Shown: piece by piece, positions 1-8,347 of the stretch
Layout: each line of letters begins with the position of its first letter
Position numbering within the stretch: the stretch's first letter is position 1
NCBI GenBank assembly: GCA_947166195.1
Contig: CAMVDF010000001.1
Coordinates: forward strand, 1 to 54,732
Source of the DNA: an uncultured Lachnospiraceae bacterium
GTDB lineage: Bacteria > Bacillota > Clostridia > Lachnospirales > Lachnospiraceae
Direction of reading: 5' to 3'
DNA length: 54,732 bases
Made by a program: the position numbers and the translations under genes
The notes under the pieces: model-generated
What the model was told of the DNA's origin: nothing
The model's database searches: none
The model's input: only the letters and a program-made list of their open reading frames with translations

Positions 1-111
1 CTTCCCAATAACTGCAGGCACTTTCTTAGTATCATAGGCGCGAAAAAACTAACGAGAAAAACAATACCTGCAACCGTCCCAAAATATAGTTTATATGGCA
101 GAAAAAATGAC

Positions 112-906
112 ATGAAGAACAAGGTTATAAGGATAATCTGCATAGTGATTGCTCTGGCGTGCTTTGGATATGTCATCTGGTACTATTATCAGATGAAGAG
201 GACCGAGGATGATGTGAAGCAGCTTTCCAAAAGGGTCGAGGCTCCCATATCGGATCATACAGTTGTACCGATAGAAGAGGCTCCGGAAAAGGAGGCCGAG
301 GAGGTCGACTGGGAGCCTGAGGTTTTGCCGGAGTTTTCGGCTCTTTTGACAAAGAATCAGAATATCATAGGCTGGATCACCATCAACGGGACTGACATCA
401 ACTATCCCGTGATGAAATCCCTGGTGGGGAACGGTTCTTATTATCTGAACCACAATTTTGACCAGCAGGAGGACAAGAACGGATCCCTCTTCATGGATGA
501 CAGGTGCGATGTCATCAAGCCTACGGTAAATTACATCATATACGGACACAATATGAAGAGCGGAGCCATGTTCGGAAATCTCGATGAATACAAGAAGGAA
601 TCATTCTGGCGGTCTCATCAGACCGTTACCTTCAATACCATCTATGATTACGGTACCTACACTGTCATGGGAGTTTTTGAATCAAAGGTCTACAGGGACA
701 ACGACATAGGTTTCAGATATTACGATTTCATTGATCCGGCTGACGAGCTGGAATTTATGACCGGAGTGGACAATATCAAGGCCCTTTCCATGTATGAGAC
801 CGGGGTGACTGCCCAATGGGGCGACAGGCTTTTGCTTCTTTCCACCTGTGATTATGAGCAGGATAACGGCAGATTTGTTGTGGTCTGCAAGCTGACGGGA
901 TATTGA
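112..906 (+). CDS. srtB: Class B sortase
   Basis: N-terminal membrane anchor; IIYGHNM (His), LLLSTC (Cys) and GRFVV (Arg) sortase catalytic motifs; [14 protein letters not shown] typical of class B. Confidence 0.9.
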   Translation: MKNKVIRIICIVIALACFGYVIWYYYQMKRTEDDVKQLSKRVEAPISDHTVVPIEEAPEKEAEEVDWEPEVLPEFSALLTKNQNIIGWITINGTDINYPVMKSLVGNGSYYLNHNFDQQEDKNGSLFMDDRCDVIKPTVNYIIYGHNMKSGAMFGNLDEYKKESFWRSHQTVTFNTIYDYGTYTVMGVFESKVYRDNDIGFRYYDFIDPADELEFMTGVDNIKALSMYETGVTAQWGDRLLLLSTCDYEQDNGRFVVVCKLTGY

Positions 907-1166
907 TGATGGAAGAAAAGCATTTTGCCTATATCCTTGAATGTGCGGATGGTTCTTATTATACCGGCTATACAAATGATCTTGAAAAGCGGGTTGCAAC
1001 CCACAATGCAGGGAAAGGCGGGAAGTATACAAGGGCAAGACTACCGGTTAATCTCGTCTATCATGAATGCTTTGATACAAAAAACGAGGCCATGAGCAGA
1101 GAGTGGGCCATCAAGCAGCTTTCAAGAAAAGAAAAGGAAAACCTTGTGAAAGGTGGAAAAACATGA
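906..1166 (+). CDS. GIY-YIG nuclease family protein (UPF0213/YazA-like)
   Basis: [35 protein letters not shown]...EAMSRE; ATG overlaps the sortase stop (TGATG). Confidence 0.9.
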   Translation: MMEEKHFAYILECADGSYYTGYTNDLEKRVATHNAGKGGKYTRARLPVNLVYHECFDTKNEAMSREWAIKQLSRKEKENLVKGGKT

Positions 1167-2704
1167 TCAACATAATCGAGATGCTTGAAAGATCGGCAAA
1201 ATCACATCCGGACAATGTTGCTTTTTCCGATCCGGTAAAGAGCATAACCTTTGCAGAACTTCAAAAAAGAGCAAAAGAGACGGCAGCAGCATTCCTGAAG
1301 GAGAGTGAGATATCAGGAAAGCTTTCGGGAGGCGCTGTCGCTTTTTATATGGAAAAAAGCGTTGACGCTGTTGTAGTGATGATGGCCGGCGTTTACTGCG
1401 GGGCATACTATTCCTTTGTGGATGTCAGACAGCCCTCAGACAGGGCAAAAAGAGTAATCGAGATCCTTGATCCGGCCCTTATCATCACGGATGATGAGAA
1501 TGCCGGGAACCTGAAGGGGATACTTGAAGGAAACGAAAACGCAAAAGTTCATAATATAAACAGTCTCCTTGAAAGCACAAAAAACACCGTCATTGATGAA
1601 GATATACTAAACAACAGGAGAGCAGGCTTTATCGATACGGCCCCTCTCTACGTGAATTTCACAAGCGGAAGTACCGGAGACCCGAAGGGAGTCATGGTTT
1701 CCCACAGATCGGTCATTGATTTCATTGAGGTGTTTACGAAAAGGTTTGATATCACCTGCAAAGATGTGCTTGCTAACCAGGCGCCCTTTGATTTTGATGT
1801 ATCAGTGAAGGATATCTACAGCGGGCTTTTCGCCGGTGCAAAGGTGGCTCTCATACCGAGGGAGTATTTTTCAAATCCGGCAGTACTTATGGATTATCTG
1901 TGCGACAATGAGGTGACTGTCATCATCTGGGCAGTGTCGGCCATGTGCTTTGTTTCCATCATGAACGGTCTTGAATACAAAGTTCCCGAAAAGCTTTCAA
2001 GGATCATGTTTTCCGGGGAAGTGATGCCTGTAAAGCAGCTGAACAAATGGAAAAAGTTCCTGCCGGATGCCGTATACATCAACCTTTACGGCCCCACAGA
2101 GATCACCTGCAACTGCACCTACCATATACTTGACCGAGAGTATGAAAAAGATGAGCCCATACCCGCAGGCATTCCCTTTGAAAATGAAAAGGTCTTTTTG
2201 CTTGATGAAAAGGACGCCCTTGTGACCGGGCCGGGGATCGAGGGAGAGATCTGTGTTTCAGGCACCTGTCTTGCCATCGGGTATCTTAAAAACCCGGAAA
2301 AGACAAATGAAGTCTTTGTCCAGAATCCGCTGAACAGGGACTATTATGAACGGATCTACAGGACAGGGGATCTTGGAAAATATGATGAAAACGGACTCCT
2401 TTATTATACTTCAAGGAAGGATTTCCAGATCAAGCATATGGGGCAGAGGATAGAGCTTGGAGAGATAGAAGCTGCGGCAATGTCTGTTGAGGGTGTCGAC
2501 AGGGCCTGCTGTCTTTATGATGAAAAGAAACAAAGGATCTGTCTGGCATATTCCGGCACGGCGGAAAAGGAGAGCGTTACGGAAGGCATGAAGATCAAGC
2601 TTCCGCCCTATATGATCCCGGGAAAAACAGTCAGATTTGAGGATCTTCCGCTCAATAAAAACGGAAAGATCGACCGGCATGCGCTGAAGACAGAAATGCT
2701 TTAA
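1163..2704 (+). CDS. Stand-alone amino acid adenylation domain protein (DltA-like)
   Basis: A3 [12 protein letters not shown]4 FDVSV, A5 NLYGPTE, A7 YRTGD, A8 [17 protein letters not shown]10 NKNGKIDR; start set at the ATGA overlap (1163) behind AGGTGG. Confidence 0.9.
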   Translation: MINIIEMLERSAKSHPDNVAFSDPVKSITFAELQKRAKETAAAFLKESEISGKLSGGAVAFYMEKSVDAVVVMMAGVYCGAYYSFVDVRQPSDRAKRVIEILDPALIITDDENAGNLKGILEGNENAKVHNINSLLESTKNTVIDEDILNNRRAGFIDTAPLYVNFTSGSTGDPKGVMVSHRSVIDFIEVFTKRFDITCKDVLANQAPFDFDVSVKDIYSGLFAGAKVALIPREYFSNPAVLMDYLCDNEVTVIIWAVSAMCFVSIMNGLEYKVPEKLSRIMFSGEVMPVKQLNKWKKFLPDAVYINLYGPTEITCNCTYHILDREYEKDEPIPAGIPFENEKVFLLDEKDALVTGPGIEGEICVSGTCLAIGYLKNPEKTNEVFVQNPLNRDYYERIYRTGDLGKYDENGLLYYTSRKDFQIKHMGQRIELGEIEAAAMSVEGVDRACCLYDEKKQRICLAYSGTAEKESVTEGMKIKLPPYMIPGKTVRFEDLPLNKNGKIDRHALKTEML

Positions 2705-2752
2705 CGTGTTTTCCGGTCGATCTATGATGATCATTTTTGAGGATCCGGTGTC

Positions 2753-4876
2753 TTATGCTGCCGGATCCGATGCTTCTTCCTGCTCCTTGTCCTCATAGGG
2801 AAGGTGCGTTTTCTTTACTCCGTCGCCGTATATTGTCTTCCAGTCATTTGCCATTGAGATGCCGGTCCAGCCCTGTTTTTCAACCTCATCCCAATAGTCT
2901 GATGCTTGTTTTTCATCTCCGTATTCCCGGACGGTATCATCACATACCACCAAAAATCCTTTGCCCTCGTGTTTTTTGTTGCCTTCGGCATAGTTCAGCA
3001 TTGAATAATCTCCCGAACTGTTTCCGAAAGCAAGTACGGGTCTTTTTCCTATTTCGCGAGCTATGGCTGCCGGTTTGCATGATTTGCCGCGATTCATTAT
3101 ATCAAGCGGTGTACCGAGAACTATTTCCTCATCCTTTCCCATATTATAATCACAGGCTTCTTCATCCGTTCTGCCTGATGCAGTGTAGGGTACATCAGCA
3201 CCCACAACATGGTCACAGGGTATATCAAACCGCTCAACCATTGCGCGGACAAGCTCGCGTTCACTGGCTGAGACTATCCATACGTCAAAGTCATTGTCCT
3301 TCAGAAAGTTTATAACCTCGATCATCGGTTTGTAGAAGCTTTGTCCGTAGGTCATCCCGTCAAAGCCCGGAGCATCGGTATTATCGGCAAAATCAACCAC
3401 ATAGGCTCTGAATTCCTCGGGAGTCATGCCTGCAAAAGCTGAGGCGATATAATCATCTTTGGTGATGGTCTTTGGATCGAATACTTTACCCTCGGAGTAT
3501 GCGTGATCGCGTACTTCCTGCATCGCAGCCTTTTCTTCCTTTGTAGCCTTCGATGTCTTGTCATCCAGAGCCCTGTGCATGGTCAGACAAAAATCAAAGT
3601 ACAAAGGTGCTTTTTCACAAAGTATCGTCCCGTCCATGTCAAAGGTGGCTATGCGGTCAGCCGGATCCAGATAACCGGAACCTGATTCGTCGATACAATC
3701 GAGCACAAAATCAACAAGCTCCTTTAGAGCCTTACTGTCAGGATCCCAGGAGGGGAAGATTTCGGAAAAATCGATACTGTTTTCTGAAGGGCTCTGATAC
3801 TGTGTTTCAGCCCTTGATATCCTGTCGGGATAGATCTTTGCAAAATCATCCTTCATTGAAACCGGGATATATCCCATGTCAGTGTATTCCTTTGACTTTT
3901 CCTCCCAGCTCTGTTTTCCCCATTCCCTGACGGTATCATCAGCAACCACCATGTAGGCTTCGGACGGGTATTTATTATTTATGAGAGTGTAGTTCATCAT
4001 GCTGGTATCGCTGCCGCTGTTTCCAAATGCGAGTACGGGACGCTGTCCGATCTCTCTTTCGATATAAATGGTCTTATTGGCGTTGAGGTTTTTCTGGATG
4101 AAACCGCCGGTTACCATCAGCCTGTCATCCCTGCCGTCTTCTCCGTATTTATAATCCATGTTTGAAGGCGTATCTTCATTGCCTTCAAGCTTTATCTCAA
4201 ATTCGGTACCTATGACATGAGCCGGTGTCACATATTCGCTTATGGGTGAATTTGCGATGATCGCACGGGAGGTGGTGCGCTCCGTGCCGCTGACCACATA
4301 TATCGTGAAATCATTATCATACAGATATTTTACAAGCTCTGCCATGGGAAGGTAAAAGCCGTCGATATAGCGCATGTTTTTGAAACTGGCGGTTTCCTTT
4401 TTGCCAAATTCCACTGCATGATCGTAGAGTTCGTCCACCGTCATTCCCGAATAGGCCTTTGCAAAATTTCTTGCAAGCTCCTCACCTGCCTTGTAGTCCG
4501 GAGTTATGGAATCAGCGACCTGCTTTAATTCCTCCTTTTCCTCATCTGAAAGACGTTTGTTTTCATCCAGATGATTGTTGCAGAAATCGATATACATCAT
4601 CGTATCGTAATAAGTAAAAAATGTCTCACAGGTAAGCGTTCCGTCCATGTCAAAGACGGCGATACGATCCTTTACCGGGATGAAGTTTTCACTGTCTGTT
4701 TCATCAGTGACCTTTTCCACATAGTTTCTGAGGCTTTCGGCAACCTTGGAATCCTCAGACCAGTTTTCAGTCAAAGCCTCCTTTGTCGCTGCAAATACCG
4801 TTGCGCAAAAGGCGGCAGACAGCAGCATTATCAGTATCGCACAGCAAATATTCCTGATCATTCTTTGTTTTTTCAC
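2753..4876 (-). CDS. Secreted protein with two tandem HAD-family acid-phosphatase-like domains
   Basis: Signal peptide; DRIAVFDMDGT and DRIATFDMDGT (motif I twice); RPVLAFGNSGSD and RPVLAFGNSSGD (motif IV twice). Confidence 0.85.
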   Translation of the reverse strand: MKKQRMIRNICCAILIMLLSAAFCATVFAATKEALTENWSEDSKVAESLRNYVEKVTDETDSENFIPVKDRIAVFDMDGTLTCETFFTYYDTMMYIDFCNNHLDENKRLSDEEKEELKQVADSITPDYKAGEELARNFAKAYSGMTVDELYDHAVEFGKKETASFKNMRYIDGFYLPMAELVKYLYDNDFTIYVVSGTERTTSRAIIANSPISEYVTPAHVIGTEFEIKLEGNEDTPSNMDYKYGEDGRDDRLMVTGGFIQKNLNANKTIYIEREIGQRPVLAFGNSGSDTSMMNYTLINNKYPSEAYMVVADDTVREWGKQSWEEKSKEYTDMGYIPVSMKDDFAKIYPDRISRAETQYQSPSENSIDFSEIFPSWDPDSKALKELVDFVLDCIDESGSGYLDPADRIATFDMDGTILCEKAPLYFDFCLTMHRALDDKTSKATKEEKAAMQEVRDHAYSEGKVFDPKTITKDDYIASAFAGMTPEEFRAYVVDFADNTDAPGFDGMTYGQSFYKPMIEVINFLKDNDFDVWIVSASERELVRAMVERFDIPCDHVVGADVPYTASGRTDEEACDYNMGKDEEIVLGTPLDIMNRGKSCKPAAIAREIGKRPVLAFGNSSGDYSMLNYAEGNKKHEGKGFLVVCDDTVREYGDEKQASDYWDEVEKQGWTGISMANDWKTIYGDGVKKTHLPYEDKEQEEASDPAA

Positions 4877-4961
4877 GATTATTCTCCCTTCAGTGTGGTT
4901 TATGATTAATCAGTATATCATAAAAAAACAGATTAAGTATTATACTGCATGGCGGGAATTT

Positions 4962-4990
4962 TGGACAATACAGGGGTCAAGGTTTATAAT
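4962..4990 (+). promoter_or_regulatory. Sigma-A-type promoter of the NhaC-family gene
   Basis: TGGACA-17 bp-TATAAT, 24 nt before ATG 5015. Confidence 0.6.
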
Positions 4991-5014
4991 CGAAAAACAG
5001 AGAGGATGCATAAT

Positions 5015-6313
5015 ATGGACAATAAAAAAACAGGCAATGTCATGGCTTTGATACCGGTCGGCGTGTTCCTGATCCTTTACCTGGGAACCGGAGTGTATTT
5101 TGAATATATCTCACCGGGGAAAGACCGGATGGGTTTTTATGTCATTTCTGTGGTGGTGGCTTTTTCCATCGCTCTGGTTGTGGCTTTTTTGCAGAACAGA
5201 AAAAAGACCTTTGAAGAAAAGATCCATCTGTGTGCACAGGGCATAGGAGATGACAACATAGTCATAATGCTTTTTATCTTTCTGATGGCCGGAGCCTTCA
5301 GCGGGATCGCCTCAAAGGCCCAGGGTGCCGTAAGCACCGCAAACCTGCTGCTTTCGATCATACCTCCGGGATTTGCACTGCCGGGACTTTTCATAATAGC
5401 CTGTCTGATCTCCATGGCTATGGGTACCAGTGTGGGCACTATCACTGTGCTGGTTCCGATCGCCGAAGAGATCTCAAGAAACGGAAATTATCTTTTGCCC
5501 CTGTGCGTGGGAACAGTGGTGGGAGGAGCAATGTTCGGAGACAATCTTTCATTTATCTCCGATACCACCATAGCAGCCACAAAGACACAGGGCGTTGAGA
5601 TGAAGGATAAGTTCAGGACAAATCTCAGGGTGGCACTTCCAGCCGCGATCCTTACACTTATTATTCTGATAGTCATGTCATTTGCAGGCAAAAGCGTTAA
5701 TGTGGGGAATTTCGAATACAATATATTTCAGGCTCTGCCGTATTTCATAGTGCTGATACTTGCGATGCTTGGGATAAATGTCTTTCTGGTGCTGGGGCTT
5801 GGAATCATTCTCTTTGCCATCGTCGGTGCCGCAACGGGAACCCTTAACTATGAAACCCTTTTCATTGCCATGGGGGACGGAACCTCAGGCATGTTTGAGA
5901 CCATGATAGTAGCGATCCTTGTGGCTTCCATCGGAGCTTTGGTCAGGGAAAACGGCGGCTTTGAAGCGATCTTAAATCTGATCGAAAGACATTTTTCCGG
6001 AAAGAGGGGCGGTACCTGGGGGATCGTGATCCTCACTGTTCTGGTTGATATAGCAACGGCGAACAATACCATAGCCATAGTCATGGCTGCGCCGGTGGCA
6101 AAGGACATTACGGAAAAATACGGTATCGATCCGAAGAAGACGGCATCCCTTCTTGATACCTCCTCCTGTATAGCACAGGGCATAATCCCCTACGGAGCCC
6201 AGCTTCTGGTCGCCGCCTCCATCTGTGGGATAGCGAGTATAAATATCATACCCTTCCTGTTTTACCCGTTTTTGCTTGCCGTATTTACGGTGATATCTAT
6301 AATAAAAGATTAA
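5015..6313 (+). CDS. Na+/H+ antiporter NhaC-family membrane transporter
   Basis: Multi-TM protein with GTSVGT and GGAMFGDNLSFISDTTIAAT motifs; start after GAGGA. Confidence 0.85.
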   Translation: MDNKKTGNVMALIPVGVFLILYLGTGVYFEYISPGKDRMGFYVISVVVAFSIALVVAFLQNRKKTFEEKIHLCAQGIGDDNIVIMLFIFLMAGAFSGIASKAQGAVSTANLLLSIIPPGFALPGLFIIACLISMAMGTSVGTITVLVPIAEEISRNGNYLLPLCVGTVVGGAMFGDNLSFISDTTIAATKTQGVEMKDKFRTNLRVALPAAILTLIILIVMSFAGKSVNVGNFEYNIFQALPYFIVLILAMLGINVFLVLGLGIILFAIVGAATGTLNYETLFIAMGDGTSGMFETMIVAILVASIGALVRENGGFEAILNLIERHFSGKRGGTWGIVILTVLVDIATANNTIAIVMAAPVAKDITEKYGIDPKKTASLLDTSSCIAQGIIPYGAQLLVAASICGIASINIIPFLFYPFLLAVFTVISIIKD

Positions 6314-6316
6314 AAA

Positions 6317-6376
6317 TCAATCAGGGGACGGTTTTTTGATTGACCTGACCGATTGAAAAATGCGATCAAAACCGTC
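6317..6376. repeat. REP-like palindromic element with degenerate inverted partner
   Basis: TCAATCA(6317-6323)-GGGGACGGTTTTT-TGATTGA(6337-6343); AAAACCGTC at 6368-6376 is the reverse complement of the internal GACGGTTTT. Confidence 0.5.
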
Positions 6377-6469
6377 TGCGGTACATTTACGGTTGTACAG
6401 CAACTGACGGGATGATACAATAAAACCGGAAACGGATGTATTACGGTTTTTTGTTAAGGGAAGGGTGCC

Positions 6470-7258
6470 ATGACTGTAGAGGAAATGAAGAAAAGAAAAA
6501 AGGAACTGGGCTATTCAAACAAACAACTCGCCGAGATTTCCGGTGTTCCGCTTGGAACTGTTCAAAAGATCCTGAGCGGTGAGACAGCATCGCCCAGATA
6601 TGATACTATATGCGCCCTGTCAAAAGCATTGTCAAACGGGCATGATACTTTGTACGTTTCTGAATCGGCGGCGGATTACACTGCAAAAGATCAGGACCAT
6701 TCTTTTCACGAAAAAACGATCGATGACTATATAGCTCTGCCTGAGGGTACACGTATCGAACTAATAGACGGAAAATTTTACGATATGGCGGCTCCGACCA
6801 CCATACATCAGGCGCTTGGACTTGAAATAGGTTTTGTGCTCAAGGAATATATCAGAGATAACAATGGTGAATGCGTACCCTTTGTGGCTCCTACCGATGT
6901 TCAGCTTGACTGCGATGATAAAACCATGGTACAGCCGGATGTTCTTGTGGTATGCGACAGAAGCAAGATAACAAAAGCAAGGATAGTCGGAGCGCCTGAT
7001 CTTGTAATGGAAGTCATCTCACCCTCAAGAGTGACTGTAGACATATTCATTAAGGTGCAGAAATACAAAAATGCCGGAGTCAGGGAGTACTGGCTGGTCT
7101 TTCCGGAGGAAAAGATGGTTATGGTGTATGATTTTGAAAAATCGGATATCCCCGTACACTATTCTTTCGAAGACAGTATCCCTGTTTCAATCTGGGACGG
7201 GAAATGCAGCATAGATTTCAGGCGGATATACAGCAGTCTGGAGTTCATGTATGAGTGA
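6470..7258 (+). CDS. Xre-type HTH fused to Uma2-family (PD-(D/E)XK) endonuclease
   Basis: N-terminal HTH (QLAEISGVPLGTVQKILSG); ELIDG, VQPDVLVVCD, APDLVMEVISPS, KYKNAGVREYW. Confidence 0.9.
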   Translation: MTVEEMKKRKKELGYSNKQLAEISGVPLGTVQKILSGETASPRYDTICALSKALSNGHDTLYVSESAADYTAKDQDHSFHEKTIDDYIALPEGTRIELIDGKFYDMAAPTTIHQALGLEIGFVLKEYIRDNNGECVPFVAPTDVQLDCDDKTMVQPDVLVVCDRSKITKARIVGAPDLVMEVISPSRVTVDIFIKVQKYKNAGVREYWLVFPEEKMVMVYDFEKSDIPVHYSFEDSIPVSIWDGKCSIDFRRIYSSLEFMYE

Positions 7259-7303
7259 TCCTGTCACATGCCTGATGTACATAAACAGATCATACGGAAT
7301 GGT

Positions 7304-7332
7304 TTGCACCTAACACAGATAAATGCTATAAT
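7304..7332 (+). promoter_or_regulatory. Near-consensus sigma-A-type promoter with extended -10
   Basis: TTGCAC(7304-7309)-17 bp-TATAAT(7327-7332) with TG at 7324-7325. Confidence 0.7.
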
Positions 7333-7343
7333 TTTGCCATATC

Positions 7344-7477
7344 AGACAGGGTGGCAAGTCACCCGTCTTAGCATGAAGGCAGTTCTGCCGCATCGGGAAT
7401 TCATTCCCGGAAAAGCTCATGCTATTTCCCGAAAAATAAAATAGCAGGAGCGCATTATTATAATAAAAGCCTCCTGC
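7344..7477 (+). ncRNA. Putative structured leader RNA (hairpin + three-way junction + distal hairpin), family not assigned
   Basis: AGAC-a-GGGTG/CACCC-GTCT; TAGCATGA(7369-76)/TCATGCTA(7417-24) enclosing GGCA/TGCC and CGGGAA/TTCCCG; GCAGGAG(7444-50)/CTCCTGC(7471-77); begins just after the predicted transcription start. Confidence 0.55.
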
Positions 7478-7609
7478 AAAAAGCAAAGAGGCACGGATTA
7501 TGTTGTTATCGAGGTTTATATGAAACTGCCACGAAATGCTACGAAATATATGACACTGATATAAAGATTCATACAACATATGCCGATATACAAAAAGAGT
7601 GGGTGGATT

Positions 7610-7960
7610 ATGCGAACAGAAGAACTGATAGAAAACTTAAAAAGAATCTGTGATGCATACTCAGATATTCTGGGTACTGTTATTCTGTTTGGATCATATT
7701 CCAGAAACGAGGCTGAAGAAGATTCCGATATAGACCTTTATATTGAACCGAAGGACAGAAGTGTTTCCTCAACAAAATTTGGCGTGAATAAAAGATATAA
7801 GGAATTTAAATTTACTTTGTATGACACATTTTTAAGAAATTTTGATCTCCTCGTGTATGGTGGAACAAGAGAACTGAACAGTGTCAGAAAGAGTCCTCTC
7901 TGGAAACAGATTGAGAAAGACGGAATAGTCATTTATGAACAAGGCACAAAAGCAATATAA
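7610..7960 (+). CDS. Minimal nucleotidyltransferase (MNT), putative antitoxin
   Basis: LFGSYSRNEAEEDSDIDLY = GS-x10-DxD motif; C-terminal IEKDGIVIYE typical of MNTs; AT-rich. Confidence 0.85.
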   Translation: MRTEELIENLKRICDAYSDILGTVILFGSYSRNEAEEDSDIDLYIEPKDRSVSSTKFGVNKRYKEFKFTLYDTFLRNFDLLVYGGTRELNSVRKSPLWKQIEKDGIVIYEQGTKAI

Positions 7961-8315
7961 AGCGCTGATCAAAGCGGATCTCAAAATTGCTTCAGATTAC
8001 TGTGACAGCAGTGATAAATCTCTCAGATTACAAGCCGCATACCATGCACAGCAGGCTGTTGAAAAGACAATTAAATTGAAAGCTGAGATTGAGGGCTTAA
8101 ATCTGTGGGGACATGACATAGATGTATTGATAAAAAAATGTGAGGACAGCAATATCGAAATCAATATTCCCGCATATATCAGGAACAAAGCTGACCAGAT
8201 AACAGGATGGGAGGCTGAATGCAGATATTATCCGGTTAAGATTGTAAGAAAAGACAGTATAAAAAGAGTATGTGACGAAGTGAAATTATGGTTGGATCAA
8301 GGAAAGACCCGCTGA
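7935..8315 (+). CDS. HEPN domain protein, putative toxin partner of MNT
   Basis: AAYHAQQAVEKTIK, GHDIDVL and CRYYP motifs; overlaps the MNT gene. Confidence 0.8.
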   Translation: MNKAQKQYKALIKADLKIASDYCDSSDKSLRLQAAYHAQQAVEKTIKLKAEIEGLNLWGHDIDVLIKKCEDSNIEINIPAYIRNKADQITGWEAECRYYPVKIVRKDSIKRVCDEVKLWLDQGKTR

Positions 8316-8347
8316 TTTTACAATGAGTGTTGATGGCGAGGTGCAGT

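Noticed and set aside
2667-2723. 11-bp inverted repeat AGATCGACCGG/CCGGTCGATCT across the A-domain stop
   Set aside because: 35-nt loop and no U-tract; one arm is constrained by coding; may be chance
7369-7424. Hammerhead ribozyme reading of the three-way junction
   Set aside because: GAAA is present but the CUGANGA core is absent
7528-7547. Direct repeat GC(C/T)ACGAAAT x2 upstream of MNT
   Set aside because: Only two short copies; cannot be assigned to a regulator
7310-7579. 89-aa minus-strand ORF over the structured leader
   Set aside because: No RBS or recognisable motif; the region is better explained by a promoter and RNA structure
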